The position numbers and the translations under genes are program-made. A stretch of DNA of 25,379 bases from a virus (Duplodnaviria; Caudoviricetes), in IMG/VR virus record IMGVR_UViG_3300024494_000023, positions 1 through 25,379 of that record; one strand, given 5' to 3'. Below are positions 24,494-25,379 of the stretch, piece after piece. The first letter of the stretch is position 1; each line of letters opens with the position of its first letter. The notes under the pieces are model-generated. The model made no database searches, was not told where the DNA came from, and was given only the letters and a program-made list of their open reading frames with translations.

Positions 24494-25379
24494 ATGCCAA
24501 AGAAAATCATAATGCTTAACTCTTCCGCTTTGCGGAAGTCTGCCTGCAAACGCAGGTTGAACTATGTCCTCGAAGGATATAGCAACAAACTTGTTCCGAA
24601 CGATATCGTGTTCGGTTCTTGCTTTCATGATTTTGTCGCTGAGTATCGCGTGAACGGTCAGAATGTCACAGCAGCAACGCAGAAGGGCTGGTCTTATCGT
24701 GATGGTGTGAAGAACCTCTACACGAAATATCGCAAGGAATTCCTAGATGACTTCAATTACTTCCGAACTGTCTGCATGATGTGGGCAATGGAAGATTCGA
24801 AGTGGCAGACGTTGTGGATCGAGAACATGCCGCTGGTGGAAATTCCTTGGGCTGTTCCTTACTGGAGTGGTGAACACATCGAAGTCATCTTGTGTGGAAC
24901 GATTGATGATGTGTGTATGTCGCGCGAGAATCCAGAAGTGCTTGCTGTCCGTGACTACAAAACAACATCAGCTTACAAGGTCGAAGAATACTTCAACAAG
25001 TATCGCATGTCTGTGCAGTTGATGTATTACTACGTTGGACTAACTGAAGCGTGTAAGTTGAAACCGGATTCGCAACTCGCAAAGCTCTGGTTGAATGCGC
25101 CCGCGAAAGGTGCATTTATTGAAGGCGTCTTCATCGACAAAGATCCGTCGAAAGTGAAGTATCAAACGTCAGACTTCTTCACATTCTCTGATGATAAGAT
25201 TGCTGAGTTTCACATGCAACTCGGAGAGTTGTGCCAGAGACTAGACAAGCCAGAAGGATATGAGTTCCCACGAGAGGGCCTGATAAATGCTGCATGTGAG
25301 TCCGATGGTTATGGCAGAGCTTGTGAATTCTTCGAGGCTTGTGCAGCAAAGACTCGTGAAAACCATGACATCTATATGC
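24494..25379 (+). CDS. PD-(D/E)XK Cas4/RecB-like exonuclease (3' truncated by window)
   Basis: Manual translation gives NSSAL..C, FGSCFH, GTIDD, DYKT, QLMYY and C-terminal AC...C..FEAC (Fe-S-type Cys set). Absent from the ORF track because no stop falls in the window. Confidence 0.85.
   Translation, partial: MPKKIIMLNSSALRKSACKRRLNYVLEGYSNKLVPNDIVFGSCFHDFVAEYRVNGQNVTAATQKGWSYRDGVKNLYTKYRKEFLDDFNYFRTVCMMWAMEDSKWQTLWIENMPLVEIPWAVPYWSGEHIEVILCGTIDDVCMSRENPEVLAVRDYKTTSAYKVEEYFNKYRMSVQLMYYYVGLTEACKLKPDSQLAKLWLNAPAKGAFIEGVFIDKDPSKVKYQTSDFFTFSDDKIAEFHMQLGELCQRLDKPEGYEFPREGLINAACESDGYGRACEFFEACAAKTRENHDIYM

Noticed and set aside
24494-25379. CRISPR-Cas locus implied by a Cas4-like gene
   Set aside because: No repeat-spacer array or other cas genes. 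Solo Cas4/RecB-like nucleases are common in phages.

Overview
A 25.4-kb piece of a tailed dsDNA phage genome with two divergent arms. The minus-strand arm (13-11296) is a late module: small and large terminase, an Acb2/Tad1-like protein, portal, scaffold, major capsid, beta-rich and secreted-looking proteins, a holin/spanin cassette and a papain-fold protein. The plus-strand arm (11747 to the end) holds early and middle genes: a DenV-like glycosylase, a TraR-type Zn finger, a split SF2 helicase, an ATP-dependent ligase, a sigma54-activator AAA+ ATPase and a Cas4/RecB-like nuclease. The main finding is that the phage encodes a sigma54 enhancer-binding-type ATPase with neither a DNA-binding nor a sensory domain. 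Correctly spaced sigma54 -24/-12 promoters sit in sense orientation before the terminase operon, before the capsid gene and just after the activator gene, suggesting a phage transcription programme run on host sigma54. Also notable are two tRNA-like RNAs with the anticodon arm replaced, several other multibranch structured intergenic segments, and a capsid mRNA leader able to sequester its own start codon. All calls come from manual motif reading; no database searches or folding programs were run.
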